Positions 1 to 14,860 of a stretch of 64,000 nt of DNA are shown here, in pieces (position 1 is the stretch's first letter; every line of letters begins with the position of its first letter). A model generated the notes under the pieces. It worked only from the letters and a program-made list of their open reading frames with translations. It ran no database searches and was not told where the DNA came from. The stretch is from Octopus vulgaris (lineage: Eukaryota). Location of the stretch: assembly GCA_951406725.2 (NCBI GenBank), contig OX597826.1:78554001-78618000 (forward strand), in the 5' to 3' direction. Made by a program: the position numbers and the translations under genes.

Positions 1-869
1 AAGATGGCGCAAATTCATTGCTTTTGAAGGAAGTGTGATACGGGTATACCAGTAAGCATAGATTACGTGTAGTACTTGAATATTATATATTGCAGGAGAT
101 GGTGTAAGATAAGAAAAAAAAGGACGTAATGTGTATAACATTAACGTTGTGTTTCTATTCAAACCGAAAGCAATGGCGGAGTAATATGTATTGAATTATC
201 CTTTGTGTCAAATCTATTGATTTCATGCAGATTCATGGATGAATAAATTTTAGATAATATAATAATAATAATAATGGCTTTTAGCAGTTGAATTCCTAAT
301 TGAACATTGCAAATTTTCTTTCCTATTGTTAGTATAAATATTTCAGTAAGTTATATAATAATGGCCGCTGATTAATGCCTCTAATCAACTTTTGGTAGAG
401 TAATACTGAATATTGTGTGTGTACGTGTGTGTGTGTGCGTGTGCGTGTGTGTGTGTGTGTGTGACAGTGTGTGTGGGAGGGTATCTGTGAGCGTTATGTG
501 TGTGCGTAGCTATGTGTTTGTGTGTGTGTGCTTGTTTATTCAGAGAGTAGTAATATAAAATTTATTGTGTGAGTGGGGGTATTACTGCTGCACCCGGTTT
601 GATGGTGGGTGTACGTGGAGAAGGAGGTGGGGTGAAACATGTTACAAATGTGGGTTAAAAGAAACTGGACATTCGCTAATGGCATCAACATTGCTTGGGA
701 CCACGGGAAGGAATCATCGCTTTGGACGATGATGAAATCACATACATCCCCAGGCTACCGCCTGTTTCGGAAACACACACACGCGTACTCGTTCCCACGA
801 CACACTCACACACACAGACACACACTCACATACACAGACACACACACGCACACAGACACACACACAGAG

Positions 870-900
<31 letters not shown>

Positions 901-1068
901 AGTTGTAACTGGATTAAAACAATTACTTAAAGTCAACTACATTTAGATCAGTTTTCAACGAACAACTCTTTTACACTCTCTCTCTCTCTCTCCCTCTCTC
1001 TCTCTCTTCCTTTATTTCTCTTCCTCACTAAGTTGAGTCTAGTCACCCGACGATGCGCATGTAATCTT

Positions 1069-1619
1069 TTCTACTCTAGACAAAAGGTCTGAAATTTTGG
1101 AAGAGGGGCCAGTTCATTAGATCGACCTCGGTACGCAACGGTACTTGATTTACCAACCCTGAAAAGATGAACGGTAAAGTCGGCCTCGGCAGACGAAATA
1201 CTTATTTCTTTACTACCCACAAGGCGCTAAACGCAGAGGACAAACAAGGACAGACAAACGGATTAAGTTGATTATATCGACCCCAGTGCGTAACTGGTAC
1301 TTATTTAATCGACCCCCGAAAGGATGAAAGGCAGAGTCGACCTCGGCAGTATTTGAACTCAGAACGTAACGGCAGACGAAATACCTATTTCTTTATTACC
1401 CACAAGGGGCTAAACACAGAGGGGACAAACACGGACAGACATAGGTATTAAGTCGATTACATCGACCCCAGTGCGTAACTGGTACTTAGTTTTATCGACC
1501 CCGAAAGGATGAAAGGCAAAGTCGACCTCGGCGGAATTTGAACTCACAACGTAACGGCAGACGAAATACCGCTAAGCATTTCGCCCGGCGTGCTAAGGTT
1601 TCTGCCAGCTCGCCGCCTT
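1069..1619 (-). mobile_element. Composite trimeric tRNA-derived SINE (family A)
   Basis: Minus-strand head GGCGGCGAGCTGGCAG..GTTCAAATTCC (A/B-box-like). The core GCCTTTCATCCTTTCGGGGTCGAT..AAGTACCAG occurs three times, the last degenerate. 17-bp TSD GATGCGCATGTA(A/T)TCTT at 1052-1068 and 1620-1636. Confidence 0.9.
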
Positions 1620-2004
1620 GATGCGCATGTATTCTTGAATCACGTTAATGCAATATTGCGTATAACTTAGGTAATATTCCGGAATTAACAGTTAGTAATG
1701 ATGCGTTTGAACATTAGTGGTTCCTGGGACAAACGCATCGCTGATATCACGAGCTGTTTCAGCAGCTTTTCGGCCTAGCTTTGACTGCAATAAGAAAATT
1801 GTGCGAATTTGCTTTTTGCCCATGTTGTATTTAATGTTCCGTAAAAATGGCCTAATTATTCAAAAAGAAAAAGAGAAACATAATTAGATAGAGCGAAAAA
1901 TGGGATTTAAAATGATATATAAAGTCAAAGTAATTCAACGAAAATTAATTTGAAAATACATCAGTTAAAACTTTTTAGATTCTCTTTTATATTAGCGAGT
2001 TTTC

Positions 2005-2190
2005 TTTTATTTGTTTCAGTCACTTGTCTGCGAACAAATCGACCCCAGGACTTATTCTTTGTAAGCCTAGTATTTATTCTATCAGTCTCTTTTGCTGAAC
2101 CACTAAGTTACGGGGAAGTAAACACGCCAAAATCGGTTATCAATCGATGGTAGGGGGACAAACACAGACACACGCATACAGACACACACG

Positions 2191-2244
<54 letters not shown>

Positions 2245-2418
2245 TATATATATACAATGAGCTTCTTTCAGTTTCTGTCTACGAAATCCACTCACAAGGC
2301 TTTGGTCGACCTGAGGTTTTAGTAGAAGACACTTGCCCAAGGTGCCACGCAGTGGGACTGAACCCGCAACCATGCGGTTGGGAGGCAAGTTTCTTACCAC
2401 ACAGCCACTCCTGCGCCT
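2005..2418 (-). mobile_element. tRNA-derived CORE-like SINE (family B) with internal (TG)n
   Basis: Minus-strand AGGCGCAGGAGTGGCTGTGTGGTAAG..GGTTCAGTCCC, then GGCACCTTGGGCAAGTGTCTT (CORE-like), (TG)n and a shared 3' tail. Homologous copies at about 6165 and 19025. Confidence 0.85.
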
Positions 2419-2519
2419 AATGCTTAAGAAGTTTGGTTCGATCAACCTTCGGCCGGATCTAAGTTTTGTGAATGAAAACGAGGTGACAAAAATTTGTAGG
2501 GAAAAACCAACCGATAGGC

Positions 2520-2680
2520 TACGCCTGTCCTTCAAATATCCTACCTTGTTACGCATTGTGGTATTCCGGTTCCGTTTGAGAATTATATTAAGGTTACACG
2601 GGTTGGTGCAATTTTCAGACACTTGTAAGTTAATTTAATGGAAAGGTCATCCAGTTGGTCAAACAACTGAAAACTGATTG
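2520..2680 (+). mobile_element. Diverged 3' tail of SINE family C
   Basis: GAGAATTATATTAAGGTTACAC..TTCAGACACTTGTAAGTTAATTT resembles the tail of the 25569-25951 copy. Confidence 0.45.
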
Positions 2681-3645
2681 TTGCAAATTCCGTCTGAAAT
2701 GTGTAGATATCTTTCAGACGACTGTCCCCCCCACACACACACACAGACACACAGACACACCCATCCTATCCGCTGTTATTTTTAGCATCATTGATATAAT
2801 TTCCAGCAGGCTCTTTGCTACCATTTTCATTGCGTAGTTGTGGAATATAATTTCGTTAATCTCGTGTCTTTTATTGTTGTCAGATTTTAACCACCAATTT
2901 TGTCTACATCGATCGAATTTCTTATTGTTATTTATTTATTTATTTTTTTTTTTTGTTATTTCTCTATTTCACTATTATATCCCATTTCACCAATATGTTG
3001 GTACATTGATGCTTGTATTAATATCGTTGAGTTTTATTCGATTTCGCTAAAATTTGTTATTCTGTTGGCTGCTACTTTTCACTTATTGTATCCGGTATCA
3101 CTGTATTGTCATTCGACTTCATTATTTAATTCGTTGGTCGTTTTGTTTTTCCTTTGCGGTTTAAAATGTTGTTCTTATCCAGAGTAAAACTAAAGACGAC
3201 TGAATTAACGAAAGAAAAGTGATGACAATTTAAAAGATATCAAAATCTGGTAATCGAATAAAACACGGCATCAGAATTAGGCAATTAGCGATATGATACA
3301 AAGCGCGCAGACACAGAACCGATATCAAATGACCAATTCTGTGAAACCGGATATAAAGATGGAATCGACCAATAGAGACAAAAGAATTGTTGCACTGGCC
3401 AATGAAAAGCTACAAAACAATAACAAACGAACACCCCCGCCCCACAACGAATTAACCAATGGAAGCTGACGACAAAACAAGACAGACTGGATTAAATAAC
3501 AGAATAAACAAACGGATACGAATTAAGGAATTATGGAATCTGAATCAAGAAAAATAGACATCTAAAGCAAATATTATTTAACCACAATCAAAACAATATG
3601 TCCGCTTCAATGTTTATACAACTAGATTGACATACTACAAAAACA

Positions 3646-3687
3646 CTCGTCTGAAGGATTGCAACAGCATGACACGCGGGTCACGAG
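3646..3687 (+). ncRNA. Degenerate type I hammerhead-ribozyme-like motif (Penelope-type)
   Basis: CTCGT-CTGAAGGA-TTGC AACA GCAT-GACAC-GCGG-GTC-ACGAG: 5-bp stem I, near-core boxes, stem II and a GTC triplet. GAAA is mutated to GACA. Confidence 0.5.
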
Positions 3688-4186
3688 AAAAGGAACACAT
3701 TCGAAACAAATTAGACACTTTCCACTATGTATTTAGTGCTTTCTTCTTGTTTTTGCAGAGTAAAGCATCTGAATAGACATGTATATGCACACACACTTAC
3801 AAACACGCGCACGTGTATATAAAAGGGTTTGTATATATATATAAAAGGGTTTGTATGATTGTGTATAGAAGGATATATAATATTCAAAGAAACTCCAACT
3901 CTGTTCTTTATGTTTTATTTATATTTTTATTTATATTCTTTATAATATTAATGTAGAATATAGAATATATTGTATAAAAAATATATATATAGTAAAATGA
4001 AATGAAGTATTGATTGTCTTATTGAATAGATGAAATGTTGAATATCAAATATTAAGGGACTAGTCATGCGTTATAGCAGTCTTCAAGGAGCCAGGTTGTG
4101 ACAGGAGTGCTGCATATATAAGTGTGTGTATGTTTATACATGTATATATGTATATATCTATAGCTATATATATATACATATATATA

Positions 4187-4290
4187 AGGCTGTGTAGTAA
4201 GAAGGTTGCCCCCCAACCGCACGGTTCCACGTTTAGACCCACTGCGTGCCACCTTGGCCAAGTGTCTTCTACTCAGGCCCCGGGTCGCCC
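4187..4290 (+). mobile_element. SINE family B 5' fragment
   Basis: GGCTGTGTAGTAAGAAG..CACTGCGTGCCACCTTGGCCAAGTGTCTTCTAC, with a (TG)n tract downstream (4370-4520). Confidence 0.75.
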
Positions 4291-4367
4291 AAGATCGAGC
4301 AGACCGTCTGTGTGTTAGAGAACAAACTTCTTAGGACACATCCGTGCCTGCTCCCATTAGAGATGTC

Positions 4368-4442
<75 letters not shown>

Positions 4443-4471
4443 CCTGTGTGTATGTGTGTGTGTGTGTTTGT

Positions 4472-4505
<34 letters not shown>

Positions 4506-4770
4506 CTGTGTGTATGTGTGCTTACATGGAGCTAAGAAAGATGCAGAAAAATGCAGCTGTTCCAGGAATCCCCGTGTAACGTATTAATCATGACAGTCAT
4601 AATTTGCAGATGGAATATTCAAAAAGGTCATTGATATCCAACCAGTAAACTGTCACGTGATATTAAAATAAATCTGGTTCCCCTCATCAAAAGAAGTTTG
4701 GCAAAAACGGTTCAAATAGACTCTTACTCCTTTCTTTCTGTAACCGTTTAAAATCTCTGGTACTGTTATT

Positions 4771-4874
<104 letters not shown>

Positions 4875-6139
4875 TCAGGCTGAGTAAATAGTAGGCAACG
4901 TTTTGAAACATGAAATTCATCACAATATATTTCAACAATGCGGACATTTTATTCCTCAAAGTAAGTAGCATCTCAATCAACACCTTTTTGCCAACGAGTT
5001 ACAAGTTTGTTTATTCTGGTAACATAAGAATCTGGAGTTCTAGATCTGATGAAGACTTTGAACGCACTTTCAGAATCTCCCGCAGGAAACCATCAATGTA
5101 TTTGAAAAAGTGGTAAATCGGTAGGAGAAAGGTCCGGGAAATAAGCTGGGTGGGGGAGAACTTCGTAGCCAAGTCCCTTCAACTTCTGGATCGACGTTAG
5201 TGAAACGTGTGGTCGAGCATTGTCATGAAGAATGATTGGCCCCCTTCTGTTGACCAGTCTGGGACGGAGGAGTAGCAGTTTTTCGTTCATTTTGGCAATT
5301 CCATGGCAATATGTTTCTGCAGTAATTGTTTTCCCTGGTTTTAAGAAGTTATAGTGGATGAGTCCAGCAGTACACCACCAAACAGTCACCACGACCTTCT
5401 CTTTTGAGAAGCTTGGGTTAGATAAGATTTTCTGTGCTTCATTTTGGTCCAACCACTGCGAAGAACGTTTTATATTATTGTACAGAATCCACGTTTTATC
5501 GCAAGTTATAAGAAAGTCGAGCAATGTATTGGTCTGGTTAGAAGAAGCGACGAGTAAATTTCATATCTGCGCATTTTCTGATTTTCATTCAAATCATGTG
5601 GTACCCATTTGTCGAGCTTTTTTTTATTTTTCCCTTCGCATGCAAATGGTTTCAGGCTGTTTTCTGGCTAACTTGAGGTTCTTTTGCCAGTTCCGGGTGT
5701 TTTTGTGTGGATCATTTTCAATGACGGTCATTAATTGATCGTCATCGATGACAGATGGACATCCACTGCGCTCACGATCTTCAAGGCTCACATCTTCACT
5801 GCGAAATCGTTTGAACCATTTTCGAGCTGACCACTCACTGGTCATTTCCTCACCAAACGTTTCGTTGATATCGCGACCAGTTTCAGCTACTTTACGTCCG
5901 TTTTTGAAGTTGAATAGCAAAATTGCTCGAATATCGCAGTTTGACAGTTCCATTTCAGATTATTGTAAAAATGGTGAAAAAATTATCAATGTTAATTTAT
6001 TGATGCATTTGGTCAAGTCTATGTCTTTATCATCAGACGATTGTAAAAAGATGTTTAAAAATAAATTCAAAACTAAGGGTACAAATCCGGTACAAATTCT
6101 TCATCGTTCAAAACGTTGCTTACTATTTACTCAATCTGA
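4875..6139 (-). mobile_element. Full-length decayed mariner transposon
   Basis: 33-bp TIRs at 4875-4907 and 6107-6139 (3 mismatches), TA at the left end, about 1.27 kb, with a transposase remnant inside. Confidence 0.95.
4949..5953 (-). pseudogene. Frameshifted mariner DD34D transposase
   Basis: ORFs 5624-5953 (HTH, LEDRERSGCP) and 5093-5524 (ITCDKTWI, HDNARPH, HPAYFPDLSPTD). WVPHDL lies between them at about 5590-5607. Confidence 0.92.
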
Positions 6140-6159
6140 CAGCTATCTTTTATCCTTTT

Positions 6160-6530
6160 ATCTTTTACTTGTTTCAGTGAATAGACCGTGGCCATGCTGG
6201 AGTACCGCCTTCGGTCAAACGAATCGACCCAAGTGCTTACTTATTTTAAGCTTCATACTTAGTCTATCAGCTTTTATTGCCGAACCTCTAAGTTATAGGG
6301 GGCGTAAACACGCCAACACCAATTTTCAAGGAGTGGTGAGGAACAAAGACGGAACGTGACACTCACATGGTTATTTATATATGCGACAGGCTTCTTTCAG
6401 TTTCCGTCTACCAAATCTATTCAGAAGGCACTGATCCGCCCGAGGTATTTGTCGAAGACACGCCCCTTAGGTGTTACGCAGTGGAAATGAACCAAGTACC
6501 ACACCTGTACTACACAGCCACACCTGTGCC
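6160..6530 (-). mobile_element. SINE family B, diverged
   Basis: Colinear with 19025-19435 (GGCTTCTTTCAGTTTCCGTCTACCAAAT, TGGCCATGCTGGAG). Confidence 0.8.
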
Positions 6531-6841
6531 TATATATATATATACATGTGTATGTGTCTCTGTGTATGTATGTACATATGTATGTATGTCTGTATGTCTG
6601 TATGTATGTGTGTATATGTCCATATATTTCAGATTTTATTTTTGCAAAGGAACTCCGCTTTCGCTAATTCAATAACTCTTGTATACATACTTATATGTAT
6701 GCATACTTATATGTATGCATACTTATATGTATACATACTTATATGTATGTATATGTGTGTGAGTGTATACATATGTATTACATATATATGCGTGTGAGTG
6801 TGAGCGCGTGCAAATACATAGACAGACAGACAGAAAGACAA

Positions 6842-6975
<134 letters not shown>

Positions 6976-6976
6976 T

Positions 6977-8062
6977 GTTTCTTTATTAGCCACACAGGGC
7001 TGCACACAGATAGAACAAATTACAAGGTAGAGCTTTTCTTTTGAAGGTTTAAGAAAAAAAAAAAAAAAAAAAAAAAAAAGGAAGGGGGAGTTTCGATCAA
7101 AAGGGATCGTAAAAGGAGAGAAAGAGGACAAAAAAAAGGGGGTTTAAAAAAAGGGGGGAGGAAAAATTGATCAATAGGGATCGTTATCACAGAAATGTCA
7201 ATATGAAGTGTAAAGGGGAGGACAGGTGAGGTTTACCCGTGCAAAGAAAAGCCTGTTTCGGAAAAGACCACGGTAACCTCGGTCAATGATGTCACATTTT
7301 ATATTTCTTTTTTTTTTTTGCAAATAAGCAACTCTCTGTTTTCGATTTCTGGGTTCATAGGACTATGCTCAAGGTGGCTTCGTCATTCATACGTGCCATT
7401 CTTGCTACATTCACCCATCTTTTTTTAAAACATTCGCTAGACAAAACTTGCCTCTCTACTCACTTTCCTTTTCAAGTGGTACTTGAAGAAGTTGATGAAG
7501 ATTGACCAGAGAGGAAAGTGTTTGTCTCCAATCCTTTCAGACGCGTCCACCAGATACATTCTTTCGCCATAGCCACAAGGATGATGAAAATAGCTCGCTT
7601 CCTTCCCGTTTGAAGGAAGGAGGCAGTGGACAATATTGAACGATAGTACCACAGCTGATACTACCGACTCGTCCACACACTGTGCCTTGTTCGACATATA
7701 GCCCACATGTGGAAATGTGTCTGGACACTGAATGTAGTGCGTGCAGATGTATGTATGCTCTGTATGCATCTCGTATGTATGTGTCGTATATGTCCCGTGT
7801 ATTTCAGATTTGTAGAGCTTATCCCGAACGGAACTAGCGCTTCTCGCTAACTCAATAACTCTTGGATACATACTTATATTGTCCATGGGCATGGCCCGAA
7901 ATCGTCCTGAACTTATATGTATACATACTTATATGTCGATGTCCATGTGTCGTCCGAGCTCGTATACGTATGTACCTCCCCTCCACTAAACCCCTATAGA
8001 ATGCTTTGGTTGTGTTGAAGTCACTTAAGGTACATAGACCCAGGACGGCAGACTTGAAAGAC
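6977..8062 (-). mobile_element. Tx1/L1-clade LINE 3' fragment inside (GATA)n
   Basis: Frameshifted minus-strand peptides VRDKLY, IQCP, LVAMAKECIWWTRLKGL and INFFKYHLKRKV resemble an ORF2 C-terminus. T-rich 3' UTR ends AATAAAGAAAC. (GATA)n on both flanks (6842-6975, 8075-8205). Confidence 0.7.
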
Positions 8063-8073
8063 AAATAGATGCC

Positions 8074-8205
<132 letters not shown>

Positions 8206-8520
8206 TGCAGGTACATGAATATATATATATGTTTGTCTACACACACACACACACACACACACAAAATGGCTAACGAAATGTTGGCTGGGACAGTCTGAAG
8301 AAAGAAAGAGGTAGAGAGAGAGAAGGACAGAGGGAGAGAGAGTGAGAGAGAGAGAGTTACACACATATTGAAGAGGAAAAATCTGAACGTTTCATTGATT
8401 TTGTGCGAAACCTCATTAAGGATGGTAAGTAGCGCTGAAGACAGAGAAAACATTAAAACATTAAAACCAGAAAAACAGTGAAAAGAAATCGAAGTACAAC
8501 AGGAATAATAAAAAAAAAAA

Positions 8521-8552
<32 letters not shown>

Positions 8553-8709
8553 AGAGATTGAAGAGAGTACAACAAAGCAGATAAACGAAAGTAAATAAGG
8601 AAATGATGTTGATATCTGTTGATGTTTTTGGTAATTATTCCTATTTTAGGTGTCTGGAGAAATTAACTTCCATATAATTTGGCCCGAGGCACTTTCCAAA
8701 TATGTACGT

Positions 8710-9950
<1,241 letters not shown>

Positions 9951-10189
9951 AGATATCTACGAGAGAATACTCAAGCTCCTTTCAAAACAATGTTATTGGA
10001 GGAGAACCGGACTGTTTGTTTGTTTAGTCGATGCTTTATCAGAGATTCTTGTTTTTGTTTCTTCTGTTTCTAATTTTCACCATATTTGCTATTCTTCGCA
10101 GCACTTTTACAAGAGCTGCACTCCAATACTTGCTCTGTCTAGTTGCGCCAAACTTACCAGGCAAGCACGAATAAGCAAGTATTAGCTCA

Positions 10190-11074
10190 AGTTCTGATTT
10201 TACCTTTTTTATAATTGAATGAAATTTAATAGTATTTTGAATGTCTAATGCAATTAGAAATAGTTTTATGAATTTGTGTACATTTAAACTAATTGAATGT
10301 TATTTTACAGAATAATAGAATTAAAATTTATTTGCTTAAAACCCTTTCTAACATGGAAGTATCCAAAGAGCATTTGAGGCACATAATGCTCTATGAGTAC
10401 AAAAAAGGAAACTCTTCAGCCGAAGCGACTCGAGACATGCACTCAGTTTATGGGAAAGAATGCTTGAACGAAAGAACTTGCAGAAGATGGTTTGCAAAAT
10501 TCAGAAGTGGAGATTTCACCCTTGAAGATGAAGATCGAACAGGATGTCCAGTTGAGTTTGATGATAAGCTCCTTGAGGCATTACTTGAAGAAAATCCTAC
10601 ATTATCAGTTGAAGAATTGGCAATAAAGCTTAGTTCAAACCATACAACTGTTCATCTTCATCTTCAACAACTTTGAAAGGTTTCTAAACTTGGATAATGG
10701 GTGCCTCATGAATTGTCCGAAAGCAACCGCAAATGCCGAGTTGACATCTGCTCTTCTCTCCATTCTCGCGAACTCATTTCACTCTTTTTCGATAGATTTG
10801 TGACTGGTGACGAAAAATGCATCTTCTCTCGGAATGTTAAACATCGTAAACAGTGGCTTGGTAAAAGGATGTGGTTGAAACCGACATTTCAGAGTTCTTC
10901 GTTTTGAAAGCAAAAGAGTTTTACATTGAAGGGATTAAAAAGTTTGTAAATAGATGGAAGGAAGTCATAGATAATCAGGGAAAGTACATTGATGATCAAG
11001 TTTCAATTAAATATAACATTTGATTACTTGTTTTCTTTATTAAAAATTCGGACAGAACTTATGGGATGACCTGA
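10190..11074 (+). mobile_element. Internally deleted mariner transposon
   Basis: ATG at 10353 (MEVSKEHLRH..WFAKFRSGDF), WVPHEL at 10698, VTGDEK, then a jump to the C-terminal GIKKFVNRWKEVID. 3' TIR-like GGACAGAACTTATGGGATGACCTGA+TA. The 5' boundary is uncertain. Confidence 0.9.
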
Positions 11075-11168
11075 TATATACTTGCATACAAACATATACA
11101 CACACGTGCAGATATATATAGATACATGTATATATATATATATATATATATGTGCGTGTGTGTGTATG

Positions 11169-11206
<38 letters not shown>

Positions 11207-11248
11207 CGTATATATATACCTGAATATAAGCACATAATACATGAATAC

Positions 11249-11286
<38 letters not shown>

Positions 11287-11517
11287 ATATACATGCACAC
11301 TGTTTGATCATAGACACACACACACATGTGCACACACCACATGAAAAGGCTTACATCAAGTGCTACACACAACATACACACACACTTACACGCTCACATA
11401 CACCATTGTCACGTACACACACGTGAACGCACACCTTGTCTTGGGATCACCAGTACTTTACTATCTTCCTTTCATTCAACCTGTTGTTGTTGTTATTATT
11501 ATTATTATCATTATTAA

Positions 11518-11580
<63 letters not shown>

Positions 11581-11680
11581 AAGGATTGACAAAATAATTT
11601 TTTTAACCTTTTAAAGACACACAACTTGTCGAAATATTGTTCACTAGATGACAATGGTACTCTTCTTTTCATTTTGACTC

Positions 11681-11726
<46 letters not shown>

Positions 11727-11734
11727 TTTTCGTC

Positions 11735-12112
11735 CCCAAATTCTGTCGAGGTTGACTTTGCTTTCCGTCCCTTCGAGAACGATAAAATAAATACCAGTGG
11801 AGTACTGGGGATCGATTTAATCAACTTAACTCCCCAAACTAATGGTCTTAAACCAAACTTTGGAATCAATATTTACATTTTCAGGAAGCGAACTGACAGA
11901 ATCGTTTGCATGCCGGATAAAATGCTTAGCGGTAAGTGGTCCGTCTTCACGTTCTGAGTTCAAATTCCGCCGAGGTCGACTTTGCCTTTCATCCTTTCGG
12001 GGGTTGATAAAACAAGTACCAGTTGCGTACTGGGGTCGATCTAATCGATTTACCCCTTCGCCCCCAACGCAACCCTGGATATTGTTGACTTTGTACCAAA
12101 ATCTGGGAGCAA
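11735..12112 (+). mobile_element. Two tandem SINE family A copies (partial and near full)
   Basis: GTTCTGAGTTCAAATTCCGCCGAGGTCGACTTTGCCTTTCATCC at about 11950; a degenerate copy at about 11740-11840. Confidence 0.85.
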
Positions 12113-13477
12113 TATTTACAAGTTTAGTTCTTTGCAGTTTCTTTTTTTATATATTTTGTTCTTTTGAATTTTCCCTATTCTTGCCCTTTTTACTTTTTTT
12201 TTACTTTTGGCGGGTTTTTATGTTTTTCTTCATTTGCAAAATCACCCATTATATCCTGCCTTGATTGTCGACGCTATTTTTAGACAATATTTTCCAGTAT
12301 TTTAAATCCTTTTCCCGTATTTTTCAGGTATCTTCAGAGCTTATATTATTTATCAGGTATATTCAAGCATTTTCATTTGTTTCCAGTTTAATAACATGTT
12401 TTTTTTCCCTTCATTTTATCTCTTCCTCTTGTCTCTTCGTATTTTTTTGTTCTATTTAATTGTAACAACAGCAGTTACTTTCCAATACTTTTCAATTTTA
12501 TTCCCTATTTTCTCTTTGACATTTTTAATTCTAAAAAATCCTTTAATTTTAATAAAGTTAATTATCTCTTGTCTCCTCCACTTCCTTCTAATATCATTCA
12601 AATATTATCTGCCTTTTGTTTATACGTGCAATATCTTACATTACTGCTCACTTAACTGTCTGTTTTTCATTCAGAAGATGGCCCTGTGCAACCTTCCCTA
12701 ATCATTTTATCTGTTATATGGTGAGAGCCTCTACGACTACATTTCGCTGAGCACTCCAGGAATCACCATTCCAAACATTAAATTCAATTTCCTGAGTTGT
12801 TTCCCCTACCCTTTTCGACAATACTGTATCACTATGATAATGCTTTTTCTCCTCATTTTGGGTATAATCTTTATTAAAAACCATGATTCTGGGTAAGGTA
12901 TGCTTGTTGCGCTCGAGTTGACAGACTCACCTTGCCTACCACGAACACAGGACATTCCCATCTCTCGCCTCTCGTCACCATGAACATATAATAGTCTTAC
13001 TTTTTGCCAAACGTACATAAACACATTTCTGGTATTCAGCAATACAGCCTTCGGTTTGTAACCTTTGTAATATCTAAATGGAAATGAATAGAATTCATTA
13101 AAACTGAATATGGTGGTTAGATTTTATGCGGCAAGCAACAAATAATCCGAACAAATTTTCCGCTCTCAGCTACCATAAACCTAACAGCTTTATCTGCTTC
13201 AAGACCCACTGTTCCATAAAAGAATTATTTGACGTTCTCACAACGTTTATAAATGTCTACATACACATGCACACACACACACACACATACACACACATTG
13301 GGGTACCGTTTCTAAGAAGTTTTAGTCAATTATATCGACTCCAGTGTTTATCTCACTGATCTGGTGAGGCAATACGGCGGAGTCAAACACAAGCTACTCC
13401 GTTCGATGCAATAGTTCTGTAATTCCTTGACAATAATATATGTATACACACACACATAAACACACACACACACGCAC

Positions 13478-13515
<38 letters not shown>

Positions 13516-13516
<1 letters not shown>

Positions 13517-13718
13517 GTTAATCCAAACAAGAAAGCACAAAAGAACACAACAACGCGAGGACGTGGAACAAATATAGCATTATTGGACGCTCAGGAACGA
13601 AGGAAAGAATGAGGGTTTAACGTTTCGAGCGGAGCTCTTCGTCGGAAAGATAGGAGAAGGAAAGATCCAGAGATGGGAAGATAGAAGGAAAAAAATCGCC
13701 AACGGTACACACGGTACA
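13516..13718 (-). mobile_element. Putative Penelope-like terminal repeat fragment with a hammerhead-like motif
   Basis: Unique island between (TA)n tracts. The minus strand reads TTT-CCGACGA-AGAGCTCCGCTC-GAAAC-GTT-AAA (about 13616-13648). Confidence 0.5.
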
Positions 13719-13719
13719 T

Positions 13720-14034
<315 letters not shown>

Positions 14035-14418
14035 ATGGTTATTCTACGAAAATCCGCTCCTCAAAGCGTTCTTTAGTCATTGACAGGTTACAATTTATAA
14101 GACGATCAATGTAATTCAGAGAGAAATCGAACTAGGAACGTTGTAACAGCGGAGCGAACGTCTTAACCACACATCAGTTTATATATTTGAATACATCCTC
14201 GGTCCTGAATTTTTCAAGAATCTAAAGTTAGATACTAATAAATACTACAATAGATATTTTAGTATTTTCTTCAATTATGGAACATAAAGTCAGTATTTAT
14301 TCTCGCCTTCGTTATGAAACAAAGGAACAGAAGCGCACGCGCGCGGATGTGTGTGTATTCGCATCGCTTATCTGGCGAACGATGCTTTATATCTATGTAA
14401 CATAAATCTTACATACTT

Positions 14419-14470
<52 letters not shown>

Positions 14471-14609
14471 TTCTATGTATCTACATATGTCTGTATGCAT
14501 TGACATGCACATGTATAGATACATATACATACTCATATACATACCTGATATATATATATACATACATACTTACATACATAGATAAATAGATACATAGATA
14601 CATAGATAC

Positions 14610-14663
<54 letters not shown>

Positions 14664-14750
14664 CACATGCCGCTTATCTAGCAAAATATGTTTTATATCT
14701 GTATAAAATAAATTACTTGGCCATACGCATACTAGCATGCACCCATACCG

Positions 14751-14860
<110 letters not shown>

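Noticed and set aside
640-680. CYKCG..GH zinc-knuckle-like peptide
   Set aside because: Spacing is non-canonical (C-X2-C-X6-H), the last Cys is missing and there is no clear exon context.
5748-6359. 203-aa plus-strand ORF
   Set aside because: Antisense to the mariner transposase and runs through the TIR into a SINE.
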